Shown piece by piece: positions 48,456 to 58,506 of a stretch of DNA of 64,000 bases. The notes beneath the pieces are model-generated. The model was not told the DNA's origin, searched no databases, and saw only the letters and a program-made list of their open reading frames with translations. A program made the position numbers and the translations under genes. The number at the start of each line of letters is the position of its first letter. Positions within the stretch are counted from its first letter, which is position 1. The stretch comes from an uncultured delta proteobacterium (lineage in GTDB: Bacteria > Desulfobacterota > BSN033 > UBA1163), in NCBI GenBank assembly GCA_963827685.1, contig CAWHBU010000002.1, positions 1,088,001-1,152,000 of the forward strand. Direction: 5' to 3'.

Positions 48456-49112
48456 TCATTGTCGGCTTTTTACCGCATTCTGAAGATCCAAGATGATCTG
48501 TCCTGAGATTTTTCCCATGGCTCTGCTCATCCCCTGGGCAAGAGCTGCGGGAGTCTTCTCTGTATAGGGTTCAACCACCTTATAATCCCGCTGGAAGATC
48601 ACCTTCTCAGCAGTATCTCTCTTCTTCAAATCAAGAAAGGTTACATGTAAACTGAGGACAGCCTTTCGGCCATCCTTTTCGCTGACTTCCAGAAATTCAT
48701 CCACCTGTCCTTCCAGGAGATACCGGGTTTCCTCGCTGTCATTGTAGGAAATGACTGCTCGAAAAAGGCCAGAATTTCTGAGATCACGAACCAGATACTC
48801 TGTGGCTATGTCTCCGGGTTTGGTCCTCCAACGATTATAGGGATCCACATTCCTGAGATTTGGTCCTTCCTTGTAAATCATCGCTGAAGTGTTAAAGGTT
48901 TGAGCGACAGAGAATTGTTCCACCCTAACCAATTCGCTGAACGAAGCTAACTCTTTTAAAATTGGCGAAGGGTATTCTAAAGTATACTGATTCACTATGT
49001 AAGAGGGCTTTGCGCCAAGACTGCAACTGGTAATCAGAACCATCGACAACAAAAGCAAGGCCAGGTTTAGCCATAGCCTGTTGTCTTCTATCCTTGGTGA
49101 TAGGGACATCAT
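48456..49112 (-). CDS. ABC transport auxiliary lipoprotein (PqiC family)
   Basis: Lipobox LITS-C; YNRWRTKP; last gene of the MCE operon. Confidence 0.85.
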   Translation of the reverse strand: MMSLSPRIEDNRLWLNLALLLLSMVLITSCSLGAKPSYIVNQYTLEYPSPILKELASFSELVRVEQFSVAQTFNTSAMIYKEGPNLRNVDPYNRWRTKPGDIATEYLVRDLRNSGLFRAVISYNDSEETRYLLEGQVDEFLEVSEKDGRKAVLSLHVTFLDLKKRDTAEKVIFQRDYKVVEPYTEKTPAALAQGMSRAMGKISGQIILDLQNAVKSRQ

Positions 49113-49119
49113 TTTCTCC

Positions 49120-50106
49120 TTACCTTTCTTGCTTTTCATTTCCTCTTCTGGGAGGAGGGGGCTGGCCGAAAAGGAGATCCGACGGGGTCGCGTAAACTCG
49201 GTCGATCAGCATCTCCAGAGATTCGGAGGCTCGTTTCAGGTTCTCACTGGTAGCCTTAATGTTATTCGTGATCGCAAGGCTTCTCTTATCCAAGCCTTCG
49301 ACCAACTGATTCATCTTCTTAGCCGCGTCCTTCGCCTCACCGAGGATGGCTTCCACCTCTCCGGAATTCATGATCTTATCCAGTCTTGCTGTGGCGCTCT
49401 CTATATTGGTTCCCGTTTTTCCGAGGTTCAACGCCTGCAGCTCCCTCTGGACATCAGAAACAAAGTTCTGGAGTTTAAGCAATGTATTTTTAACTTCCCC
49501 CACGGTTTCTTCCAGCCTTCCAGCGCCAAGTGTTTTCTCCACGCTCCCAACAACACTATTCAAACCTGCCACCGTGGATTCCAATACCTTCAAAGTCGAT
49601 TTGACTTGGTCCGAGATCCCCTCGGTATCGATCTTCTTCAAACTTTGAATGACATTGTCGATCCCGGTTAGGAGCTGTTTGATATCAGATGGTTTGGACG
49701 AGATAATGGGGTACTCTGAAGCAAAAGTGATCTTAGGAGAGAGGTCGGGTTCCCTTAGGTCCTTCCGGGAAAGCTCGACAAAGACAATTCCTGTGATCCC
49801 GGCAGCTTTCAACTGAGCGACATCATCGCGTTCAAGTTCTCCTCTAAGATTAATCTTCATGATGACTTCGATCAGTGTGTTATCAGGAGCCACTCGAATT
49901 TTTTCCACCCTTCCGACCTCGACCCCCCGATATTTGACAGCCGAATCTAATTGAAGCCCCTGAACGGACTCATCAAAATACGTCACATAGGTCGCTCCTT
50001 TCTCAAAATATTTGGAGGCGCCCAACCACACAACAGCAACCATCCCGATGAGGATGCCAATGGTCACAAAAAGTCCTATCATGAATTTGGAGGTTTTCCT
50101 CGCCAT
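49120..50106 (-). CDS. mlaD: MlaD/MCE-domain protein
   Basis: N-terminal TM; ESVQGL...VKYRGVEVGRV; helical tail; PSDLLFG. Confidence 0.92.
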   Translation of the reverse strand: MARKTSKFMIGLFVTIGILIGMVAVVWLGASKYFEKGATYVTYFDESVQGLQLDSAVKYRGVEVGRVEKIRVAPDNTLIEVIMKINLRGELERDDVAQLKAAGITGIVFVELSRKDLREPDLSPKITFASEYPIISSKPSDIKQLLTGIDNVIQSLKKIDTEGISDQVKSTLKVLESTVAGLNSVVGSVEKTLGAGRLEETVGEVKNTLLKLQNFVSDVQRELQALNLGKTGTNIESATARLDKIMNSGEVEAILGEAKDAAKKMNQLVEGLDKRSLAITNNIKATSENLKRASESLEMLIDRVYATPSDLLFGQPPPPRRGNEKQER

Positions 50107-50889
50107 CTAAGTTTCCTTCCCCTTTTGCTCTAACATGCTTCGATTGAAAAAGGCCTTCACTCGCGGATCGGTGGAGTTGTCTTTTAGCCATCTCGGATCG
50201 CCCTCCGCAATAATTCCTTTTGCCGCCTTATCGAGCATAATGATCCGGTCCACGATATTAAAAATCGATTCCAGTTCATGGGTGACAATGACCATGGTTG
50301 TCCCTATTCCTGCTCTGATGCTTTTGATCAGAGAATCGAGTTCCGCAGAGGTGATGGGGTCCAATCCAGCCGACGGCTCATCAAAGAAGAGAACCGTCGG
50401 ATCCAGGGCCATGGCCCTTGCAAGGCTTGCTCTTTTTTTCATCCCCCCGGACAACTCTTCAGGCAGGTGGTTCTCATAACCGGCAAGATCGACCATCCCA
50501 AGTTTCATCTTAACGACGAGGTCAATGGTCTCTGGGGAAAGATCTGTGTATTCCTGGACCGGCAAAGCCACATTTTCCGCCAAGGTCATGGATCCAAAAA
50601 GGCCCCCTGACTGAAACGCCACACCAATGTCCAGTCGTATTTTTTTCAACTGTCTTTCATCAGCCTTTGTCATATCGACCCCATGGACCACCACCTTCCC
50701 TGATGCGGTCTCATAGAGGCCGATCATATGTTTCATGAGGGTTGATTTTCCACACCCGCTCCCGCCCAGGATGCCAAAGATCTCCCCTTCATACACCTCA
50801 AAACTCACATTTTGGAAAATGGTATCCCCTCCGAACCGGGCTGTCAAATTCTCAACGACAATGATTGGTTTTCTGTCTAATCTTCGCAT
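50107..50889 (-). CDS. mlaF: Mla/MCE ABC ATPase
   Basis: GGSGCGKST, LSGGMKKRASLARAMALDP, DEPSAGLDP motifs. Confidence 0.93.
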   Translation of the reverse strand: MRRLDRKPIIVVENLTARFGGDTIFQNVSFEVYEGEIFGILGGSGCGKSTLMKHMIGLYETASGKVVVHGVDMTKADERQLKKIRLDIGVAFQSGGLFGSMTLAENVALPVQEYTDLSPETIDLVVKMKLGMVDLAGYENHLPEELSGGMKKRASLARAMALDPTVLFFDEPSAGLDPITSAELDSLIKSIRAGIGTTMVIVTHELESIFNIVDRIIMLDKAAKGIIAEGDPRWLKDNSTDPRVKAFFNRSMLEQKGKET

Positions 50890-50890
50890 G

Positions 50891-52021
50891 CTAAATATAG
50901 GTGAATAGGATGGCGAAGGCCGAATCGGTCACAATGATCAGAAAGATGGCAGCGACCACTGCTGAAGTTGTGGCCGCCCCCACAGCTTCTGCTCCCCCTC
51001 TGACCTGGAACCCTCTTTGACAACCAATCCCAGCAATCAACACCGCAAAAACGACTGATTTTAATAAGCCCTTGAAGATGGAAGTCATACTGATGACGCT
51101 CATCGTCTCTTGGACATAAGTATAAACTGTTAAATCGAGCCCAAGGACCCCCACGACCAGACCGCCGCCAATGCCAAAAAAGTCCGAATAGAGGGTGAGT
51201 AGGGGGACAGCGACCATTGCCGCCAGAACCTTGGGAACCGCAAGAAAGTGCGTGGGATCAAATCCCATAACCACCAGGGCATCGACTTCTTCGTTGACCT
51301 TCATCGTTCCTATTTCTGCGGCGAAGGCCGATCCTGAGCGACCTGCCACAATGATGGCCGTCATGATCGGCCCCAGCTCTGAAACCATGGCCACCCCTAC
51401 CAACGAAGCCACGAAGATATTGGCTCCAAACTGTTTGAGCTGCAAAGAGGACATGAAGGCGATAATCAGACCGAGGAGAAAGCTGAGGAGACCCACGATC
51501 GGAAGCCCCTCCGCCCCTGCCCTTTTCAAGTAGAAAAGAAAGTCTTTCCATCGGACGGAGCGAGGTTGCCTAAAGGAATGAATCAGCGCTGTGAGAAGAT
51601 CTCCTAAAAAAGTGATGATGGATACAAAGTCTTTGAAAATCTTGAGACTTCCATCCCCAATCTGTTCGATGACGTTCGATTTTTCCTCACCGACAAGAGG
51701 TTTCATGGTAAGGGCTTCTCTGTTGATCAGGCCCATGATTCTCTTTGCTTCTTCAGTCACATTAACAAACTGGAGGGAAATGGATCTGGCCTTTGCCCCA
51801 TACTCCAGCTGCAAAAGTCCAAGAGCTCCTGCACTGTCGAGATACTCTACCCTTGAGAGGTCTACCCTGAGGCTTCCGGGGGACATCTTATGGATCAGGT
51901 CGCCCGCTTCGGATACAAAGAGGTGTAGGTTCCCGATCTCGATCCGACCTGACAGAGAGAGAAAAACCTCTCCTGATCTTTCTCCCTGGATATGGATTGT
52001 ATAAGTCTTTTCAGTATCCAT
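50891..52021 (-). CDS. mlaE: STAS plus MlaE permease
   Basis: DLSRVEYLDSAG STAS; ELGPIMTAIIVAGRSGSAFAAEIGTM. Confidence 0.93.
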   Translation of the reverse strand: MDTEKTYTIHIQGERSGEVFLSLSGRIEIGNLHLFVSEAGDLIHKMSPGSLRVDLSRVEYLDSAGALGLLQLEYGAKARSISLQFVNVTEEAKRIMGLINREALTMKPLVGEEKSNVIEQIGDGSLKIFKDFVSIITFLGDLLTALIHSFRQPRSVRWKDFLFYLKRAGAEGLPIVGLLSFLLGLIIAFMSSLQLKQFGANIFVASLVGVAMVSELGPIMTAIIVAGRSGSAFAAEIGTMKVNEEVDALVVMGFDPTHFLAVPKVLAAMVAVPLLTLYSDFFGIGGGLVVGVLGLDLTVYTYVQETMSVISMTSIFKGLLKSVVFAVLIAGIGCQRGFQVRGGAEAVGAATTSAVVAAIFLIIVTDSAFAILFTYI

Positions 52022-52061
52022 CTATCTACAACGAAAGCGTCATGAATGTTTAACTGATATG

Positions 52062-52090
52062 GTTATACTGCCTAAGAATCTTTGTGTCAA
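52062..52090 (-). promoter_or_regulatory. sigma70 promoter of the mla operon
   Basis: Minus strand TTGACA-17 bp-TATAAC. Confidence 0.65.
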
Positions 52091-53136
52091 CCGCAACATC
52101 ATTTGCAGTCCAATACACTTGGTTAGGTGAGCAAACCTATAGGGTCAAATCCACCCTATGATACCATATGCCATCCCTGAAATAGAATCGATAAATTTAT
52201 AGACAGAAGGGGCAAGAAGTGGTAAAAAGGTAGGCGTAAGAAACCCAATTCCAAACAAATATGAAGTTCGTCTATTAATTGTTCGATGAATAAAGTAAAT
52301 ACAAAATCAATAAAATTAAAAACGGCAAGGGCATCAATAGTTGTCTTAATCCTGCTGGCTGTCCTGCTTGTTGACAATAATTTCGCTGAGTCACAGCCAC
52401 CGCCTTCCCAAACTCCACAAATCAAAGCCGAAGTAAAATCCAATGACACTATCAAACATCAAAACCCATCCAGCCAAACAGACAAAATGACCAATACACC
52501 TGTGTCCATTATCCCTAAAGTCACACCCAAAATCGAGAATGGGATAACTAAGAAAACAACAGAGAATCGAGAAGAGCAGGGACCCGAGTTCTGGCCTTCT
52601 TTCTTTGGGTTCAGGATTAAAATTACTGACTCCCTTTTGGTTTTCTTCACTGCCATTCTCGCGCTTTTTACTTGGTTCCTTCATAGATCGACTCGCAAAC
52701 TCTGGAAGGCCGGGGAGGAACAAATGAAGATCACGCGCGATAGTTTGGCTTTGGCACGAGAAGAATTTATTTCCGCACATAGGCCAAAACTTATCATTCG
52801 CAGTGTTACGTTTAAGCCACATGGCTTCCCGGTAATAGGAGAGCCAGTGCAGATTGAAGGAGTCGTCGTAAATATTGGGAATACTGCGACCGAAATAATT
52901 GAAAGCAGTATAACGGCCATTGTTGGCGACCAAATATTCGGCGCACGTACTCCCTTTGCACCTGCGTGTGACAATATTAATGGGGTCAAACTCGTTCCGG
53001 GTGGCGCTTATACTTTCTGGCTCACATCCGAAACAGTGGTTATTCAAAATTCCTCTGTATTGGTGTCTATAACCAGCGGTGCAAAAGTTATATACTTTTT
53101 CGGTTTTATCATGTATCGCGACGAAATTGGGAATAT

Positions 53137-54582
53137 GAGTCAATACCTTTTTTAGTTGAAATTCGATAATGGCTCCTTGTTGAGTTCATCAGGCCGCCTC
53201 CGCCACCTTCGGCATTTCTTGTTTTCCTCCCTGTCTCGCAATCTCCCTCTGGATAGAAATTCTTAACTGTGGAAGATATCTGTAACCCTTGACCTTTCTA
53301 AGTCTCGGCTCAATATCTAAAAGGGCTGCGGCTAACCACCGATGCTTCTGATCACTATTCTTCCAATAATCGACCTTGTCGGTCTTCTGACCAATGAGCG
53401 CCATCAAGGATTCGATACAGTTCGTGGTTTTAAAGCTGATCCCACATTCTCTAAGGAGTCCCAAACGATGCAGCGTCAAGGTCTCTTCACATCCTTCGTC
53501 TAAACTATTGACCGCCGATCGGTTGAGCAGCTGCAGTTCCTTACGAATCTTTAACAGTCTCTCCTTCGCCCTTTCATAGATGGGCTCCTCATAGGCCTCT
53601 TGAAGCTTCCGCCTCATCGAAGCCTGCATCGCCTTCGGAAGATAACTCACCACATTCTCCCGCTTGTGCCACTGGCATCGCTGCACCAAGGCTTTATTCC
53701 CAAAAACTTCATACACCGCTTTCCTCAACCCTTTCGATCCATCAATCACACATAAAAACCCTTCTTCCATCTCTAGCCCACGCTCCAGCAACCCCTGGAG
53801 CATTTCCCGGCCAACCCGCTCATTCTCCGTCCCCGCCTGAATAAATCCTAAAAGAATCTTCTCCCCTTTGACGGTAATCCCCAATACCAAAATCATCTCA
53901 TCTGCACCAAAACTCTTCCCATCCAGAATCAATGCTACAAAATCATACCCCTCCAATCGACGCTCGCAAAGCTCCTTGAGCGCTTTTGCGCTGACTCGAA
54001 TGTATCGCCTCGAAATCGTCGAACCACTCAAACCAAAAGCCTCCGGCACCGCTTCCGCACACTCCTCATAGTTCCGACAACTTAATCCATGGAGAACTCG
54101 TCTCAATACCCCTTCATCTGCCCCACGAGGCTCCTGTAACCGCTCATAACTCTTTAACCGTACCTCTTTCCCCCCACGCCTATCTCTCACCCTTGGCACC
54201 AAGATCGGAAGCTTCTGATCCGATAGATAAACTGACCCCCCTTGGCTCCCCCAACGATCATACCCAGGAACCCCCCGGCGCTTATATCTTTCCCCAGCTA
54301 AACTTCTGACTTCTTCCTCCAAAACCTCCTTCACATGCCACAACCCTACGGGGATCAATGCCTGGATTAACTCTATCTTCATATCCACATCCATCTGCTT
54401 CAATCCCCTATCACAAATCTCTTTCACCCGCGCCCGCCTAACCTTGACACCTCTACCAATCCGTAATATCTTCTCCATCACTGGCTCCTTTCTTGGTGGT
54501 TTTTCTTTTTCTTCCCAAAGTAAGAGATTACCACCATTTTAGGAGCCACTTCTCAAATTTCAACTAAATTTAGCACACCCTC
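53137..54582 (-). mobile_element. IS256-family insertion sequence
   Basis: 8-bp target duplication GGGAATAT (53129-53136 and 54583-54590); IR core TTTAGTTGAAATT at both ends. Confidence 0.95.
53189..54481 (-). CDS. IS256 transposase
   Basis: VPRVRDR, LILDG, VIDGSKGL, QRCQWHKREN, TTNCIES motifs. Confidence 0.95.
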   Translation of the reverse strand: MMEKILRIGRGVKVRRARVKEICDRGLKQMDVDMKIELIQALIPVGLWHVKEVLEEEVRSLAGERYKRRGVPGYDRWGSQGGSVYLSDQKLPILVPRVRDRRGGKEVRLKSYERLQEPRGADEGVLRRVLHGLSCRNYEECAEAVPEAFGLSGSTISRRYIRVSAKALKELCERRLEGYDFVALILDGKSFGADEMILVLGITVKGEKILLGFIQAGTENERVGREMLQGLLERGLEMEEGFLCVIDGSKGLRKAVYEVFGNKALVQRCQWHKRENVVSYLPKAMQASMRRKLQEAYEEPIYERAKERLLKIRKELQLLNRSAVNSLDEGCEETLTLHRLGLLRECGISFKTTNCIESLMALIGQKTDKVDYWKNSDQKHRWLAAALLDIEPRLRKVKGYRYLPQLRISIQREIARQGGKQEMPKVAEAA

Positions 54583-54702
54583 GGGAATATTCGCCGGACC
54601 GCTTTTTGCCGACAATATAATCCCCTCACTGAACACTTTATTGTTGTTAATGACCCCGATTATGAATACACTGATTAACAGCAATAATGAAATGAAAAGA
54701 CC

Positions 54703-54794
54703 ATCGAACAAAAGCATCCAGCCGACACCGAATAAGCGTGGCGAGCTTTTACCTTTGTCTTTGTAGCGGCCGCGGCTGATGCATCAGGTTCGGC
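54703..54794 (+). other. Integron attC site
   Basis: R'' ATCGAAC, 5-bp spacer, L'' CATCCAGC; L' GCTGATG, 6-bp spacer, R' GTTCGGC; one extra base in L''. Confidence 0.85.
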
Positions 54795-54803
54795 CACTGA
54801 TTA

Positions 54804-55526
54804 ATGATCGACAGACAGCACATAACCAATGAAATAAAGAGAACCGCGGAAGCGAACGGTGGCATTCCGCTCGGCACTGAAAGATTCTTTGCGGAAACCG
54901 GAATTCGCACCTCCGACTGGTTCGGCAAGTATTGGGCTAGATGGGGAGACGCTCTCATCGAGGCTGGATATAAGCCTAACGAGATGCAGGGCTCTTACGA
55001 AGATGACTGGGTTATTGAAAAACTAATCTCAGTTATCAGGGAATTGGGAAGGTTCCCATCATCCGGGGACCTCAGGTTAAAGGCAAAGCAAGAGAAAGAC
55101 TTTCCAAGCCACAATGTCTTTAACCGAGTGGGAAAGAAGGCTGAGCTTGTCAGGAAAACAATAGAATACTGCTGCAACAGGGGCGGTTTCGACAACGTTC
55201 TTAAAATTTGCGAGAAAATCGCAGTTACTATCCATTCCGAACCTAACGGTACACAGCAAAGACAAACAGAACTCGGTTATGTTTATCTGATGAAATCCGG
55301 GAGATATTATAAGATTGGGAGGACCGCATCTCTGGGAAGGCGAGAATACGAACTCGGCATACAACTTCCCGAACCGCCGAAAACAATTCATAGCATAAAA
55401 ACAGATGATCCGCCTGGCATCGAGGCTTACTGGCACAAGCGGTTCGAAGCAAAGAGAAAAGGCGGTGAATGGTTCGAATTATCAAAAGAAGATGTCGAAG
55501 CATTCAGGCGAAGAAAATTCATGTAA
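54804..55526 (+). CDS. Cassette gene: repeated helical N-terminal units plus T5orf172/MUG113 GIY-YIG-like nuclease domain
   Basis: GYVYLMKSGRYYKIGRT...EAYWHKRF...GEWF; N-terminal WGDALIEAG-type repeat. Confidence 0.85.
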   Translation: MIDRQHITNEIKRTAEANGGIPLGTERFFAETGIRTSDWFGKYWARWGDALIEAGYKPNEMQGSYEDDWVIEKLISVIRELGRFPSSGDLRLKAKQEKDFPSHNVFNRVGKKAELVRKTIEYCCNRGGFDNVLKICEKIAVTIHSEPNGTQQRQTELGYVYLMKSGRYYKIGRTASLGRREYELGIQLPEPPKTIHSIKTDDPPGIEAYWHKRFEAKRKGGEWFELSKEDVEAFRRRKFM

Positions 55527-55636
55527 ATGTCACCGAACAAGTCGTTGCGCTTCGCTCATCGCACCTGGCCCAGCGCCTGACGGTAGAAATCAATAATAGA
55601 ATAAACCAAACGGCAATTGGCGCCGAGTCAATATTA

Positions 55637-55810
55637 ATGGAAAAGGACGAAGCCCATAGGATCATCGATCGGATGCCACCAAACGCTACCTGGGATGATC
55701 TCATGCGGGAAATTTACGTCCGGGAGGCGGTTGAGCGCGGGTTGGCCGACAGCAAAGCAGGCCGGACTAAGGATGTGAAAGAGGTCCGTGCGAAGTTATG
55801 TGTTTTATAA
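55637..55810 (+). CDS. Small antitoxin-like protein (possibly 3'-truncated)
   Basis: MEKDEAHRIIDRMPPNATWDDLMREIYVREAVERGLADSKAGR resembles antitoxins paired with RelE/ParE toxins; no toxin gene follows. Confidence 0.55.
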   Translation: MEKDEAHRIIDRMPPNATWDDLMREIYVREAVERGLADSKAGRTKDVKEVRAKLCVL

Positions 55811-57443
55811 GAATCCTTTAGGTTTCTTGGGTTGGGGTTTTTCTTCAGGGAGGATATTCTCCTTTTCCTTCTTCTTATCTTCGACCTTGAATCCAGATTC
55901 CTCTATGATAAATTTATCGTCGCCAGGATCGGGTTTAAAGTCTAACTCAAGCTTCTTCGCTTCCTTAATATAGGAGCCATCTTTCAGACGAATCTCTCCG
56001 TTCGGCATGACGACAATAGCAGAATCTCCTTGGACAGGACATCTCTGTTCGCAGAATCCACAGCCATTGCATTTTGAAGCGACAACCACAGGACGTCGAT
56101 ATCCTTCTACAGGACGAAAGACAATGGCGTTATATGGACAGATTTCATCACAGATCAAACAGATCTTATTCTGAGCCCAGACCAGGCACATCTCTTTCCG
56201 TAAAACAGCCGTACCCACCTTGGCATGGGTTTTTTCTTCGAGTGATAGAGAACGGATTGCTTGTGTGGGACAAACCTTTCCGCAGACATTGCAATTCTGA
56301 TCGCATGGAGCCAAACGCGGGTCCATCTTCGGCGTCCACAGACCTGAGAATCCAGACTCCCAAAGACAGGGTTGTAGCGTATTTGTCAAGCAAGACTTCA
56401 TGCACTCCCCGCAGCGGATACAAGTGCGTAAGAACTCAGTCTCGGGAATCGCTCCAGGTGGCCGGATGAGTGGATGTTTACTCTGCTTGAGGGCGAAAGG
56501 AGTCCGCATGGCCAGAAACCCAACCCCCAACCCTCCTGCCAAGGAATAGAGGAATCCTCTGCGAGAAAAGTCGACCTGCGAATATTCTCCACCTAAGGAG
56601 AGAGAAGTTGGAAAGGTGATAGCATGTTGTGGACAAACTTTAGCGCACGCCCTGCATTGAATGCACTCTGGAAGACGAGTTCCTCTTGGATCCTCAGCGA
56701 CAGCTCCCATTGGACAGGTCTTCTGGCATTTCATACATTCATTACAATCTTCACTTATTCGGCGCTTGAAAAGCCCAAGAGGTGAGATCAAGCTGAGAAA
56801 AGCTCCCAATGGGCAGAGATAGCGGCACCAAAAGCGCGGGACGAGACGATTAAGAAAGATGATCCCTCCAAAGATCAGGAATGTGATGGCCGTCATATAG
56901 TAGACAGACTGAAAATAGTGTTGGTGAGATAAGGTGACCCACCCAAGGGCTCCAAACACAGGACGTAGCAGATCTAAGAACAGATTAATCAAGGTAGTTA
57001 CCAGAGGATAGATGAAGAAGGTATAAAAGCGTGTGAGAAGGGACATCGGGTCCATGAGGAAGGCTAAGGAGAGACCGGTCAGCGCAGCAACTATAAAAAT
57101 GACGAGTAAAAAGTATTTCAATCTTCGAAGGCTGGTTTCAGTCTTCAGGCCCAAACGTTTTTTCTTTCGAAAAAAAAAGAAAGTCTAAAAAATCAATCGA
57201 GGCCCCCATTGGACAAACATAGGCGCAAAAGAACCTGCCGATAACGAGCGTAGCCCCGATGGTGGTGAGGGCCCAAAAAGCTCGACCAATGATCTCTCTT
57301 GCCGCGAAAACAGCGTTCAGCCCCAATAGAGGATCTAAACGCAAATAAATATCTGCTGGTAGCCAATTGGGTAGCTTGTAGGTGGCAAAGATAAATAAAG
57401 TAGAGAAAAGAAGAAGAGAGAGGGCCTGGATGAGAGTCCTCAT
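55805..57443 (-). CDS. NapH/MauN-type membrane Fe-S protein fused to a NapG/MauM-like domain; frameshifted at a T9 run
   Basis: GRFFCAYVCPMG, RFWCRYLCPLG, IRPPGA, CIRCGECMKSC; frame break at 57170-57178. Confidence 0.88.
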
Positions 57444-58366
57444 ACCTTTTCCTTAAAAATTTTGAGTTGATCGATGTCGATCTTTCCAAGACCCTTTTGA
57501 TGAGCGACAAGCAGATGCTCAACCTGTCGACCCTTGAAGTTCTGCCCATACCACGGGACAACACTCACCCCATAAGAATCCACGGCAACAGGATCAATGC
57601 CAGCGATGATGAGATTGGGTTTCTTAACCTCTCCAGGCCCACCCGGTCCCCCAGAGACCAAAGCCCGAGTAGCATCAAGGATGGTAAGCTGAGGTTTGAT
57701 GACAGTCCCTAAATCGACTATAGCTTGATTAATGTTGTATTGAGAGTGGAAACTCTCTCTATCCCAAATGAGACCCATGAGTCCCTTCATGCCCATGCTC
57801 ACACCTGTTGCAGAATGAGACTTAGCCACAGGAATACTGATCAAAACAGAGTTGTCCAAAACCTCCTTAATGACCTCTACACGTTCCAACACCTTTCCTT
57901 GAGGAATCTTGATTTCGCGGAAGAACTTTCTTTCCTGAAGAGTGAGAACATGGACACCGGAGATGTTTTTACATGCATCGCGAATCCCTGCCCTTTCAAG
58001 GCAGAGTTCTGCTCTGTGCAGCGTATGATCTAAGACTAAGACTTGCGAAGCCCCTGCTTCGATACAAGCCTGAGCCACCGTTGCGACAACTAAGGGATGG
58101 GTGGTAGCGGCGAATTCAGGCGTTCTGGAAAAGGACATATTGGGTTTAAGGACGACACGCTGCCCTCTTTTGACAAATTGGGAAATTCCCCCTAAAGCCT
58201 CAAGGGCTTTTCTTGTCGCTGCGACGGGCTCACCGGAAATGACCGCTAAATCATACTCTTCTTTTCCGAATGAACGAGAAGGACTGCCGACAATGCCCAA
58301 AGCCATTCCTGCGGCAGCGGTTTTAAGAAATTTACGTCGTGTAATTTTTTGATCGTTTTTATCCAC
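57440..58366 (-). CDS. DUF362 Fe-S protein with Tat signal
   Basis: TRRKFLK; VVLKPN, TTHP, KSH, MKGLMG, DPVAVD motifs; GTG start with RBS. Confidence 0.88.
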   Translation of the reverse strand: MDKNDQKITRRKFLKTAAAGMALGIVGSPSRSFGKEEYDLAVISGEPVAATRKALEALGGISQFVKRGQRVVLKPNMSFSRTPEFAATTHPLVVATVAQACIEAGASQVLVLDHTLHRAELCLERAGIRDACKNISGVHVLTLQERKFFREIKIPQGKVLERVEVIKEVLDNSVLISIPVAKSHSATGVSMGMKGLMGLIWDRESFHSQYNINQAIVDLGTVIKPQLTILDATRALVSGGPGGPGEVKKPNLIIAGIDPVAVDSYGVSVVPWYGQNFKGRQVEHLLVAHQKGLGKIDIDQLKIFKEKV

Positions 58367-58427
58367 CAGTGCCCCCTTTTCCGTTATCAATCAATCCCTC
58401 CTAGCCTCCCTTTAGCAATAGGAATTT

Positions 58428-58490
58428 CTGTAGCGGCGGCATTTATTGCCGACGGAACCTATTCGCCCCCAGTAAATGGGGGCGCTACAG
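58428..58490. repeat. GTAG-type REP doublet
   Basis: TGTAGCGGCGGCATTTATTGCCG...CGCCCCCAGTAAATGGGGGCGCTACA. Confidence 0.65.
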
Positions 58491-58506
58491 ATTCCTCCAA
58501 AATGCT

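Larger units (their letters stand above)
52286..54678 (+). pseudogene. Integron cassette gene (exported/TM hypothetical protein, 312 aa) split by IS256
   Basis: Removing the IS and one GGGAATAT copy restores the frame ...YRDEIGNIRRTAFCRQY...DPDYEYTD*. Confidence 0.85.
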
